Shown here: positions 21,001 through 29,057 of the stretch, in pieces | How positions within the stretch are numbered: the first letter of the stretch is position 1 | Layout: each line of letters starts with the position of its first letter | Source: a virus | Taxonomy: Duplodnaviria > Caudoviricetes | IMG/VR virus record: IMGVR_UViG_3300028384_000615 | Location: 1 to 36,349 of that record | Strand: one strand, 5' to 3' | Length of the DNA stretch: 36,349 nt | Translations under genes and position numbers: made by a program | Notes under the pieces: model-generated | The model's database searches: none | What the model was told of the DNA's origin: nothing | Seen by the model: the letters and a program-made list of their open reading frames with translations, nothing else

Positions 21001-22655
21001 AGAACCGCATCAGGTTGGTTCTGAAATAAAACTGTTCTTTTTATGCCCAGATAATATGTTACATCGTGTCCTCTAGAATTAGTTAGAATATTGAGTCCGC
21101 CTGGCTTGGGGACTGCCATCGGAACAACATTAACAATTGAAGAAAATGTATCACTCTGTTCTGTCAATCTTTCTCTCATCATCAATGATTGGTTAATTAT
21201 ATCTGCGATAATATCGTAAACATTAGAACCCACTGAAACATTACCAGATTGCTGTGATATATTAAGGTCTCCGCTACGTGACGCAACACTATTTGTTGCA
21301 CCACTTAAATTAGGATTAGGGCCGTTCATTTCTGATCCCATAAATTCTTCGAAATCAGGATCGACTTCAAATGTATATGTATTAATATACTTTTCGCCGT
21401 TTTCGCCGTTACCTTGGAAGTTTTGCATTCTTATGACATTGTTAAGCTCATTTATGAAATCATCTAGCGTATCTCTTAATGTTTCTTTAATTTTAAACTG
21501 GAATGGATAATCAATCTGATTTATATCCTGAGAAAAGGATTTTTGTAAAATTATAGTACCATACAACATTGTTGCTGTGCCTCTAGCATCAGTACTAGTT
21601 TGTAAATCAGCGAAATCAGATATTTTAAATGGCAATACTTTAGTTGCTTTAAGATGTTCAGGTTGATTATTTTTATATCCTAGGAAGTTAACTTTTATGT
21701 ACCAAGTAGCATCATGAATACTTGTGTATCCCATTAGAATGGCTGCGTTTTGTAAACTGTCATTTAGACTTGTATTACCAACTTGCACTAAATTAAAATT
21801 TAACGATGTCGCAGTACCAGACATCCTTGCGCCAGATTGAGATCCTGTACCTAAACTCTGTACACTCAAGTCTTGTATATTAAATTCTGTAGTCACGCCG
21901 GTTTTTGCAATTATGACTCTTTTTGTTCCATTTGGAGGCCATGCGTCTGTTGCAACATCATCTAGGCTATAATCATCTATAATAAATCTACTAGAAGTTA
22001 ATTCGTCAACTATAAAAAATTCTAATGTATATGTATAATTTTCAAATTCGTCTACTTCATTATCCCAGAAGTTATCATTTGCCTCAGCTATTTGCCATAG
22101 ATCAGCGGTATTATTGGCTGCTGCAAAATCACTAGTGTTATTTGCAACGCCTGTTGCTCCCGCACCTGTTGCTCCTCCTGCTAATCCGCCATTTCCTTCT
22201 ACTCCCACCACTGCGCCTTCAGGTGGTAATTCAGGAGATCCACCGCCAAATAATGTATGTTCAGCTTGTCTTCGTCTTACTAGACCGTCTAATGTCTGAC
22301 CACCTGCTTTGTTGTATTCTAATATTTTTCTTGAAATTTCTGCTTTAGAACGAGTACCATTTGCAGTCAGCCCATCTATACTGCCGATATTATATGCAAA
22401 ACTAATTAAGGCAGCACGTTCATTTGGCGTCCAATTGTATCTACTATTATATCTGTCTACACTTTCTTCGTATCTTCCTAATTGCTGCCTTAACATAGAC
22501 CTTGCCTCCGATTGAGACACTCGGATATTTGGAGGGTTTGATCTATCTCTACTACCGGCATATGACCCGTAGCCTATCGACCATTGGTGATAATCCCAAT
22601 AAGGTTCTGGGGCAAACCCCTCAAATCTAGCAATTAAATCTACATGGTCTGTCAT
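18063..22655 (-). CDS. Baseplate hub protein (gp27/gp44-like) with N-terminal GH24 lysozyme
   Basis: N-terminal IARFEGF...YWD...SIGYG...AALISFAYNIG...GLVRRRQAE lysozyme; later ITIKGDPFWL...YLVKNITSSFSGGMFTQVLEM hub-type motifs. Confidence 0.75.
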   Translation of the reverse strand: MTDHVDLIARFEGFAPEPYWDYHQWSIGYGSYAGSRDRSNPPNIRVSQSEARSMLRQQLGRYEESVDRYNSRYNWTPNERAALISFAYNIGSIDGLTANGTRSKAEISRKILEYNKAGGQTLDGLVRRRQAEHTLFGGGSPELPPEGAVVGVEGNGGLAGGATGAGATGVANNTSDFAAANNTADLWQIAEANDNFWDNEVDEFENYTYTLEFFIVDELTSSRFIIDDYSLDDVATDAWPPNGTKRVIIAKTGVTTEFNIQDLSVQSLGTGSQSGARMSGTATSLNFNLVQVGNTSLNDSLQNAAILMGYTSIHDATWYIKVNFLGYKNNQPEHLKATKVLPFKISDFADLQTSTDARGTATMLYGTIILQKSFSQDINQIDYPFQFKIKETLRDTLDDFINELNNVIRMQNFQGNGENGEKYINTYTFEVDPDFEEFMGSEMNGPNPNLSGATNSVASRSGDLNISQQSGNVSVGSNVYDIIADIINQSLMMRERLTEQSDTFSSIVNVVPMAVPKPGGLNILTNSRGHDVTYYLGIKRTVLFQNQPDAVLKAQNSAKMVDEIFTQGRCRKRYYYQYTGLNDQILDFQVSLNKQLTKTYVAPTDEFVFANFVNAAGIGDFSISMLNDTAQSAITDARAAQEELTPQLEDASNNLESIRNNLSNEVSSVQNDFVSQVNSSLGISLSRDDIFGDSTSLSDTISLMDSGFGDIGADIASSVLTNNRQARITELLDTVESKTAEVNDLSGQLAAQQSTIDSAMEQGIGALLSERQQETTRRPDENFAAISQSNPNAINGDVVLIEALDTDFVTNLRTEEFNALIDTMLTSPMVFRRAVLPRLQGEQRSGVFRSSDQNDIEVAKQRYYEGLDVDLSMQKLSITIKGDPFWLNNYIPPVSARSTFGVNATSEDFRNDNSLYGGFNYCMIINNKAAGTDELMNIKIANLMIDVYLVKNITSSFSGGMFTQVLEMVKVNFPENFRELNPTIDSTFIEEEPTGNGTSDVPAGQGQGTGAGEGNDSVGVGEGAYKVVTGSGQGRRYQVFDSEGNLVSEGRGPGPNLPFADEYTQTDEIASGGNPANQIDFGSGIPGGAFSADDANTLLSSDEPFDPRGSKFNTFGDRTGMTPRSVSTEIPANTLTPAEMEQALVIQKEIRRLTTETPLMDMTDTEYARVRQLETALNDIVENSTTGTRGAVRDEVIQREKREELASAQEALAEVEDDLDGFYWTQSGREEDEAQREKLRQDVLASQTENLPYAMQEVKTIVNTETGEREDVPEYLPTSIDKRPIIIPKPDELPDVYIDNGDGTITVEGPPTQNPTVTDSGLDAIDATSLSEDQKQEYFDALESNNGIKVKQFIDSLPTEQQTEILQLEQTQELVKLPGSSVDMSNPAYQNLSENEATQLEAANTVMRNFENQISSLPRVEKSYTFPDGTVETWADPDWQQLQPVPYIDANGDVQTFNPIDYFPSDVNDPTYGYSPTVQGRMMQGLADNFPALEVGKYGGEEESSSGKLRTEIAGSGFIVAEDKEQEDSE

Positions 22656-22657
22656 TA

Positions 22658-22948
22658 TTATTTCATCTTATCTATATTTTCACGCTTTGGGATTCGTATC
22701 TTTTTTCCAGCAGTGAAGTCATTAATAGGGTCTACTATGTCATTTATATTTCTATGCGCAAATATCCACCAATACTTTGCTGTGCCGTATTTTTCATAAC
22801 TCATCAAATCAGGCCTGCGATCCATATGCTGTGGAATAACCACTTCTTCGTCAAGTGGGTCTTTCAATAAAAATCTTTTATTTTGAATATCCAATATTCT
22901 ATTTGAAATGACAGAAGTTTTAGACCATGGGGAATGCGACTTATACAT
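22658..22948 (-). CDS. gp53: Baseplate wedge protein, gp53/LysM-like
   Basis: RPDLMSYEKYGTAKYWWIF...N...DPI...GKKIRIP motif. Confidence 0.78.
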   Translation of the reverse strand: MYKSHSPWSKTSVISNRILDIQNKRFLLKDPLDEEVVIPQHMDRRPDLMSYEKYGTAKYWWIFAHRNINDIVDPINDFTAGKKIRIPKRENIDKMK

Positions 22949-23510
22949 AACCTTTTCCTTTCAAGCTACCACTTAAATAGTTTTCAAGAGTGAATTCTTC
23001 ACGTACATTTTTAGGAGCATAAGTAGTAGTAAGAGACATAACAAGAGTACTGATTACAGGAACTCTTGCACCAGAACTTAGTTCTACATAATCTACGTCC
23101 GCATCTAAGTTGTGCGTAAAGTCTCTGATTAGTACAGGAACGTTTTCATATATACCATATGCATTGAATCTTAACACGGGCGGCGGCAATCCTGGATTAT
23201 CTTGATTTAATCCAAAATTCATTTTCATTGCGCCTCTAAAAAATCTCAATGCATTCATAAGATATTCACCCTGTTCATCATTCTCTACTATATACGGCGC
23301 AGTTACAGAAATTTCAGCATTAGCAGACATTTCAAACGCACGTTGTTGAAAGTTAGAATGCGTAGGATCATACGAACTATAATTTGCATTTGCTATAGTA
23401 GATATGGTTGGAGTATACGGAAAGTTAAATTGTGTCATACCAGAAGGACCAAGCCTGCCGCTAGGATCCTTAATGTAAACCGGTTGTTCTGATGCATAAG
23501 GTGATGCCAT
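22941..23510 (-). CDS. Tail tube initiator/baseplate protein (gp48/gp54-like)
   Basis: FPYTPTI...PPPVLRFNAYG...VPV motifs; first gene of the baseplate-hub operon. Confidence 0.6.
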   Translation of the reverse strand: MASPYASEQPVYIKDPSGRLGPSGMTQFNFPYTPTISTIANANYSSYDPTHSNFQQRAFEMSANAEISVTAPYIVENDEQGEYLMNALRFFRGAMKMNFGLNQDNPGLPPPVLRFNAYGIYENVPVLIRDFTHNLDADVDYVELSSGARVPVISTLVMSLTTTYAPKNVREEFTLENYLSGSLKGKGYV

Positions 23511-23534
23511 ATACGTTCTCCTAAATTATGACAG

Positions 23535-23566
23535 TATTTATCTGACTATAAAGTTCGTATATAACA
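23535..23566 (-). promoter_or_regulatory. Late-type promoter (GATAAATA) with conserved upstream element
   Basis: Minus-strand GATAAATA at 23542-23535; TATAAAGTTCGTATATAACA at 23547-23566 matches 31511-31530 at 17 of 20 positions. Confidence 0.65.
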
Positions 23567-23567
23567 C

Positions 23568-23596
23568 TTGACAATGATTTCTAGAGGATGTATAAT
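23568..23596 (+). promoter_or_regulatory. Consensus sigma70 promoter driving the gp55-gp47-SDR-gp46 operon
   Basis: TTGACA-17 bp-TATAAT, then AGGAG RBS. Confidence 0.88.
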
Positions 23597-23623
23597 TATA
23601 GTAATAATTAGGAGAATACCATT

Positions 23624-24514
23624 ATGGCCAGACGGCAGAATTATTTAAACAACAGAGATATGTTGAAACAGATTCATATCTCTAAATCAAATTTTAGTTG
23701 GTTTGAAGACCGTGAGCGTCATCACCAATTTGATGTTATCATCGATAACGTAAAAGGAAATCTAAATTTAGAAAATGAAATCCGTGAACTTGAAGCAGTA
23801 GCACGCCAAAATCGTGCTGACCGTTTACAGAAAGAAGCATGGGATCTCAATACAGATAAGAAAAAGAAGCAAGCAGATTTTGCTGTTGACCCAAATTCAT
23901 TTGAACAAAGCCAGATTGTGTTTCGTGTAATGACATTTGAACATATCCCAGATGAGCCTGGTCGTAAAGCAAACCCAAAGACGGTTGCTGACCACAAAGT
24001 GAAACTTCCTTTCCCACCGTTCAAGCACTATGTTATTGACAATAGTTTGATCCGTGAAGTAGGCATTTCACACCACAACAAAAACAAAGAGTTTGACTTA
24101 GAAAGTGGTGCTATCACAGCAACACTAGCAAACATGTATATCAAGCTAGTTGAACGTTATTCACAACGTGCTAACTGGCGTGGATATACATACATCGATG
24201 AAATGCGTGGACAAGCACTCCTGCAGTTGACACAGATTGGTCTACAGTTTAATGAAGATAAATCTGATAACCCATTCGCATATTACACCGCAGCAGTGAA
24301 TAACTCATTCACACGTGTTCTTAATATTGAAAAGAAAAATCAAGGCATTCGTGATGACTTGTTAGAAAAAGCAGGACAGGCACCATCTTGGACACGTCAG
24401 CTAGAACACGAAATGAAATCACAAGAACGCTGGCAGAAGGTCGTTAAGACTAAAATTACAGACGAACAAATTCCAACTGAAACAATCAAAGAGATTTACG
24501 CAGACAATGAGTAA
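23624..24514 (+). CDS. gp55: Late-transcription sigma factor, T4 gp55-like
   Basis: YLNNRDML start and NWRGYTYIDEM...FNEDKSDNPFAYYT...NSF.R.L..EKK core; T4-like synteny 55-47-46. Confidence 0.88.
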   Translation: MARRQNYLNNRDMLKQIHISKSNFSWFEDRERHHQFDVIIDNVKGNLNLENEIRELEAVARQNRADRLQKEAWDLNTDKKKKQADFAVDPNSFEQSQIVFRVMTFEHIPDEPGRKANPKTVADHKVKLPFPPFKHYVIDNSLIREVGISHHNKNKEFDLESGAITATLANMYIKLVERYSQRANWRGYTYIDEMRGQALLQLTQIGLQFNEDKSDNPFAYYTAAVNNSFTRVLNIEKKNQGIRDDLLEKAGQAPSWTRQLEHEMKSQERWQKVVKTKITDEQIPTETIKEIYADNE

Positions 24515-25520
24515 TTTATTCAACAAACTCGCATTTTTTACAGACATTCACTATGGCATGCGTAACAACGCACGCCAACACAACGAAGACTGTGACGCAT
24601 TCGTAGACTGGTTTATTCAGGAAGCAAAAGCAAAGGGATGCGAGACTTGTATCTTTGGAGGGGACTGGCACCATAATCGTGCTAGTCTCAATATCTCTAC
24701 TATGAAGTGGAGTATTCAAGGACTACGAAAGCTAAGTGAAGCATTTGATAAAGTCTACATGATACTAGGTAACCACGATTTGTTTTATCGTGAAAGCCGT
24801 GATATTAACTCTGTTGAGTTTGTTGAGGAATTAGAAAATGTATATCTAATTCGTGACACTCATATTGAAGGTGATGTAGCACTTGTCAGTTGGTTAGTCG
24901 GAGATGAATGGAAGAAAGTTCCAAAGATTAAATCAAAGTATATGTTTGGACATTACGAACTTCCGTTTTTTATGTTGAATGCTATGGTTGAAATGCCGGA
25001 TCATGGTGGTCTTAAACATGAAATGTTTAAGTCACAAGACTATGTGTTTACTGGTCACTTTCATAAGAGACAAGTTAAAGGTAATGTTATCTACACAGGT
25101 AACGCATTCCCACATAACTTCTCTGATGCGTGGGATGATGAACGAGGATGGATGTATCTAGAATGGGATAAAGAACCTGAGTTCTTTGCTTGGCCAGATG
25201 CTCCTAAATATAAAACTATCAAGCTATCTCAATTGCTAGATAATCCATCTAAGTATCTACTGCCTAAATCATCTATTCGTATTCAACTTGATATTGATAT
25301 CTCATATGAAGAAGCAAACTTCATCAAAGATACATTTGTTGACACGTATGATTTGCGTGATGTGACATTACAACCGATTAAAAATTTGGAGCATACAGAA
25401 GAAAACGGTGCTGAAATACATTTTGAAACTATTGACCAAATTGTAGTTTCACAATTGGCAGCACTTGACAGTGGAAGTTTCGATAAGAATGTACTAATCG
25501 AAATATACAACAATCTGTGA
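24507..25520 (+). CDS. gp47: Recombination endonuclease subunit (gp47/Mre11/SbcD-like)
   Basis: Metallophosphoesterase motifs DIHYG, GGDW, GNHD, GH, GHFH. Confidence 0.93.
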   Translation: MSNLFNKLAFFTDIHYGMRNNARQHNEDCDAFVDWFIQEAKAKGCETCIFGGDWHHNRASLNISTMKWSIQGLRKLSEAFDKVYMILGNHDLFYRESRDINSVEFVEELENVYLIRDTHIEGDVALVSWLVGDEWKKVPKIKSKYMFGHYELPFFMLNAMVEMPDHGGLKHEMFKSQDYVFTGHFHKRQVKGNVIYTGNAFPHNFSDAWDDERGWMYLEWDKEPEFFAWPDAPKYKTIKLSQLLDNPSKYLLPKSSIRIQLDIDISYEEANFIKDTFVDTYDLRDVTLQPIKNLEHTEENGAEIHFETIDQIVVSQLAALDSGSFDKNVLIEIYNNL

Positions 25521-25527
25521 GAATAAA

Positions 25528-26130
25528 ATGGAATATAAAAAAGTACTAATAACAGGAAACCGTAACTATGGACTTTGTGAAGCGATATGTAATCTTTTTG
25601 ATACTGTGGATAATATTGATTACAGTACTGCTAGTCGTAGCACTGGTTGGAGCCTAGATAAAAACGAAGAACAGGAAAGATTAGCACAGCATTTTATTGA
25701 TGAAGACTATAATGTTTTTATTAACAACTCTGCTATGTGGAAATTTCACCAAGTTATGATTGCAGAAAAACTTTATGATACTACCTACAAGGAAGGTCGT
25801 CATGCACAATTTATTCATATGGGCTCTACTGCTGATACAGGTGTTAAAGGTAGAACATGGCGTTATCCTACAGAAAAGAAAGCACTACGGGATTATAATA
25901 GAGATTTAACATATATGACTGCTGGTGGTTCTAACATCAAAACTACTTTGATTTCTCCGGGTAGCTTAACTACACCAAGTGTAATAAAGAAACACCCAGA
26001 TAGAAAACTTATTGATGTTGAATATATTGCAGAAGTCATTTTATGGTTGCTTCAACAACCAGAATATGTTAATATTAATGAAATTTCGTTAGACCCTATT
26101 CAGAATGGGACATACGCAAGAGAGAGGTAA
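25528..26130 (+). CDS. Short-chain dehydrogenase/reductase family protein
   Basis: VLITGNRNYGL (Rossmann TGxxxG-like), FINNSA, catalytic S (MGS) and YPTEK (YxxxK), ISPG. Confidence 0.8.
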   Translation: MEYKKVLITGNRNYGLCEAICNLFDTVDNIDYSTASRSTGWSLDKNEEQERLAQHFIDEDYNVFINNSAMWKFHQVMIAEKLYDTTYKEGRHAQFIHMGSTADTGVKGRTWRYPTEKKALRDYNRDLTYMTAGGSNIKTTLISPGSLTTPSVIKKHPDRKLIDVEYIAEVILWLLQQPEYVNINEISLDPIQNGTYARER

Positions 26131-26135
26131 TCTGT

Positions 26136-27929
26136 TTGCTAAAACTAAAGAATATCACTATCCGCAATTTCATGTCGGTAGGCAATGTCACTCAGGCAAT
26201 TGACTTACAACGTGACAACTTGACACTTGTACTAGGTAACAACTTAGACCTAGGAGGAGATGGTAGTAGAAATGGGACAGGTAAGACAACGCTTATTAAT
26301 GCGTTATCATACGGCTTGTATGGGAATGCTCTTACGAACATTAAGAAAGATAACCTCATCAACAAAACAAACGCAAAGAATATGCTTGTTTCTGTTGATT
26401 TTGAGTATAACGGTAGCGAATATCGTATTGAAAGAGGTCGTCGTCCGAATGTATTCAAGCTAATGCGTGATGGTCACGATATCAACACACAAGACGAAGC
26501 ACAAGGTGAAATGCGACAAACACAGATTGAAGTTGATTCAATTATTGGTATTTCACATTCTATGTTTAAGCACATCGTTGCTCTTAACACGTACACTGAA
26601 CCGTTCTTGTCTATGAGAGCGAATGACCAACGTGAGATTATCGAAGAACTTCTTGGTATTACAGAACTATCTCGTAAAGCAGATAAACTAAAAGACGATA
26701 TCAAAGACACAAAAGATCAAATCAAAGACGAAGAATATCGCCTAAAGTCTATTGAAGATGCTAATCAACGTATCTTAAAATCAATCAAAGACATTGAACG
26801 AAGACAACGTATTTGGTCAGAGAAACATCAAACTGAATTAGCAGAACTTGAAACAGGACTTGATGCTCTTTCTCATATTGATATTGACAGTGAAATCAAA
26901 AACCACGCACTGTTAGCAGAATACAATGAAAAGAAAACACGATTAGATGAAGCTAATCGTTGGATTACAAGTATCAATGCCGATGATGCGAAACAAGAAA
27001 AGCTAATTGAAAAACTAGAAGCAGAGATTAAGATGCTACAAGAACACAAGTGTTATGCTTGTGGCCAAGAAATGCATGACGAAAGACAAGAAAGTATTCT
27101 CGCTTCCAAAACAGATCAAAAGCAAGAAGCAGCGATGCAAATTCTTGCTAATGGTGCCCAATTAGAAGAACACACAGAAACAGTTTCTTCTATTGGCGAG
27201 TTAGGCGACAAGCCTACAGTGTTCTATGAATCATTAAACGATGCGTATGAACATCAAAACTCTGTTCGTATGTTAACAGAACAAATTGAACAGAAGAAAA
27301 AAGCAGAGGATCCTTATGAAGAACAGATTAAGGATATGCGTGAAAGTTCACTAGAAGAACTTGATTACTCACAAATGAATATGCTTATTTCATTCCGTGA
27401 ACATCAGGACTTCTTAATGAAACTTCTTACAAACAAAGATTCATTCATTCGTAAGAAAATCATTGACCAGAACTTATCGTATCTAAACTCACGACTAGAC
27501 TACTACTTAGAAAAGTTGGGTCTACCACATGAAGTTAAATTTCAATCTGACTTGTCAGTTGAAATTACCGAATTGGGACGTGACTTAGACTTTGATAACT
27601 TGTCACGTGGTGAACGTAATAGACTTATTCTTGGTCTATCGTGGGCATTTCGTGATATCTTCGAGTCACTATACTCTACAATCAATGTTCTATTTGTAGA
27701 CGAATTGATTGATTCGGGTATGGACTCAAATGGTGTTGAGGCATCACTTGCAGTTCTAAAGAAAATGGTAAGAGAACGTGGACGTTCATTGTTCCTAGTA
27801 TCACACCGTGAAGAACTACAAGGTCGAGTAAGCGATGTACTAAACGTAATTAAAGAAAATGGTTTCACTACATTCACACAGGAAGAAGAAACCATTGAAG
27901 CAGGCATAGAACTAGATACAGTTATATAG
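26136..27929 (+). CDS. gp46: Recombination ATPase subunit (gp46/Rad50/SbcC-like), TTG start
   Basis: Walker A NGTGKTT, coiled coil with zinc hook CYAC, signature LSRGE, Walker B LFVDE, H-loop VSH. Confidence 0.94.
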   Translation: MLKLKNITIRNFMSVGNVTQAIDLQRDNLTLVLGNNLDLGGDGSRNGTGKTTLINALSYGLYGNALTNIKKDNLINKTNAKNMLVSVDFEYNGSEYRIERGRRPNVFKLMRDGHDINTQDEAQGEMRQTQIEVDSIIGISHSMFKHIVALNTYTEPFLSMRANDQREIIEELLGITELSRKADKLKDDIKDTKDQIKDEEYRLKSIEDANQRILKSIKDIERRQRIWSEKHQTELAELETGLDALSHIDIDSEIKNHALLAEYNEKKTRLDEANRWITSINADDAKQEKLIEKLEAEIKMLQEHKCYACGQEMHDERQESILASKTDQKQEAAMQILANGAQLEEHTETVSSIGELGDKPTVFYESLNDAYEHQNSVRMLTEQIEQKKKAEDPYEEQIKDMRESSLEELDYSQMNMLISFREHQDFLMKLLTNKDSFIRKKIIDQNLSYLNSRLDYYLEKLGLPHEVKFQSDLSVEITELGRDLDFDNLSRGERNRLILGLSWAFRDIFESLYSTINVLFVDELIDSGMDSNGVEASLAVLKKMVRERGRSLFLVSHREELQGRVSDVLNVIKENGFTTFTQEEETIEAGIELDTVI

Positions 27930-27938
27930 GAGATTATT

Positions 27939-28115
27939 ATGACGCTAAATGAACAGATCCAAGAACAAATGGATATCTATCTAAAGGAATCAGAAGCATT
28001 CGAAACTAAAGGTGTTAAGGCGGCCGCTGCACGTGCCCGCAAAGCACTTGGCGAATTAGGTAAACTTACAAAAGCACGCCGTGCAGAAATTCAAGAAAAA
28101 AAGAATAATATGTAA
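27939..28115 (+). CDS. Histone H1-like (Hc1-family) DNA-binding protein, 58 aa (not in ORF track)
   Basis: AGGAG RBS; MTLNEQIQEQMDIYLKESEAFETKGVKAAAARARKALGELGKLTKARRAEIQEKKNNM; KG.KAA..RARK...EL....K..R pattern of the Hc1 N-terminal domain. Confidence 0.8.
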   Translation: MTLNEQIQEQMDIYLKESEAFETKGVKAAAARARKALGELGKLTKARRAEIQEKKNNM

Positions 28116-28123
28116 AAAAGTTA

Positions 28124-28152
28124 TTGACATTCGTGTTCTAATTTGCTATATT
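28124..28152 (+). promoter_or_regulatory. sigma70-type promoter with extended -10
   Basis: TTGACA (28124-28129), 17 bp, TGc-TATATT (28147-28152). Confidence 0.8.
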
Positions 28153-28156
28153 AGTA

Positions 28157-28282
28157 TTAATAGGGAAGTCAACATCTCTTGTGTCTCCTCTCTCAACCTC
28201 TCTCAACAACTTGAGGTCTAGACTTCACTATTAAAAACAGAGCATGAACTTTACCCGGCTACTTAGGTAGTCGGGTTTTTTT
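28157..28282 (+). ncRNA. Candidate small regulatory RNA (~125 nt) with CU-rich tandem repeat
   Basis: Bounded by a sigma70 promoter and a terminator; no ORF longer than about 8 codons from an ATG; closing stem TTAATAG-G-GAAGTC/GACTTC-A-CTATTAA; internal CCTCTCTCAA x2. Confidence 0.65.
28253..28282 (+). terminator. Intrinsic terminator
   Basis: ACCCGGCTAC-TTAG-GTAGTCGGGT stem followed by a T run. Confidence 0.9.
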
Positions 28283-28317
28283 CTGAATAAATAATACTAT
28301 CAAGGAGGATTAGATTT

Positions 28318-28491
28318 ATGAGTATTACAGGATTTCCGGCAAAGAGATCGGATGAAGAAAAAGCTGAAATGGAAAAGGCAATGGCAGAGTTTCTTAAAAA
28401 GGGCGGAAAGATTAAGAAACTAGAAGAAGGCGAACACACCGAAGCTAAAGATATGAAGTATAAATTTAGAAGGCCTGCCAATAAGAAATGA
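28318..28491 (+). CDS. SutA-like RNA-polymerase-binding protein, 57 aa (not in ORF track)
   Basis: AAGGAGG RBS, preceded by late-like AATAAATA (28286-28293); MSITGFPAKRSDEEKAEMEKAMAEFLKKGGKIKKLEEG...; the AM.EFL..GGK[IV] helix resembles the Pseudomonas SutA core. Confidence 0.65.
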   Translation: MSITGFPAKRSDEEKAEMEKAMAEFLKKGGKIKKLEEGEHTEAKDMKYKFRRPANKK

Positions 28492-29057
28492 AAACGTTTA
28501 AAGATTACCTTGCTGAGAAATCTGGATCTTTTACAGCGTACCACGGGTCAGGCGCAAATTTTGATAAATTTCTAAGAACGAAAGCACACTCCGGTGAAGG
28601 GGGTGCTGCATTCGGTTCTGGTATATACATTTCAAAAAATCCAGAAGTAGGTAAATTTTATCAAAAGTTAAGCAATAGTGAAACGGCGACACTATATAAA
28701 ATAAAAGTGAACATCGATACTAACAAGATTTTAAGATGGGATAGACCATTTGAACAACAGCCAAAATTTGTAAGAGATGTTTTGAGTACAATAGATTACG
28801 ATGGGTCAAATGGAACAGAAGCAAGATACTATTATCATTACCTTAGAGCATCTTATGGTTCTGGCAAGTCAGGTCCAATCGAAAGTGAAAAGGCAACGAA
28901 ATATCTAGAAGACAACGGTATACAAGCAATATACTTTGTTGGTGATAGAAAGTTCAAAGGGCCATCACGTGACCAATCTCAAAACTTTGTTGTTTTTAAC
29001 CCAAATTTAATTACTATACTTAACAAGTATGACCTTAAAGGTAACGAAATAAAATGA
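28488..29057 (+). CDS. Putative ADP-ribosyltransferase-fold protein with T4-like capsid-targeting N-terminus
   Basis: YHGS...FDKF...G...FGSGIY...Y and C-terminal VVFNP..I pattern as in ART domains of polyvalent proteins; N-terminus MKTFKDYLAE. Confidence 0.62.
   Translation: MKTFKDYLAEKSGSFTAYHGSGANFDKFLRTKAHSGEGGAAFGSGIYISKNPEVGKFYQKLSNSETATLYKIKVNIDTNKILRWDRPFEQQPKFVRDVLSTIDYDGSNGTEARYYYHYLRASYGSGKSGPIESEKATKYLEDNGIQAIYFVGDRKFKGPSRDQSQNFVVFNPNLITILNKYDLKGNEIK

Noticed and set aside
28263-28544. 93-aa minus-strand ORF
   Set aside because: Shadow of the plus-strand SutA-like gene, which has a strong RBS and operon coupling.
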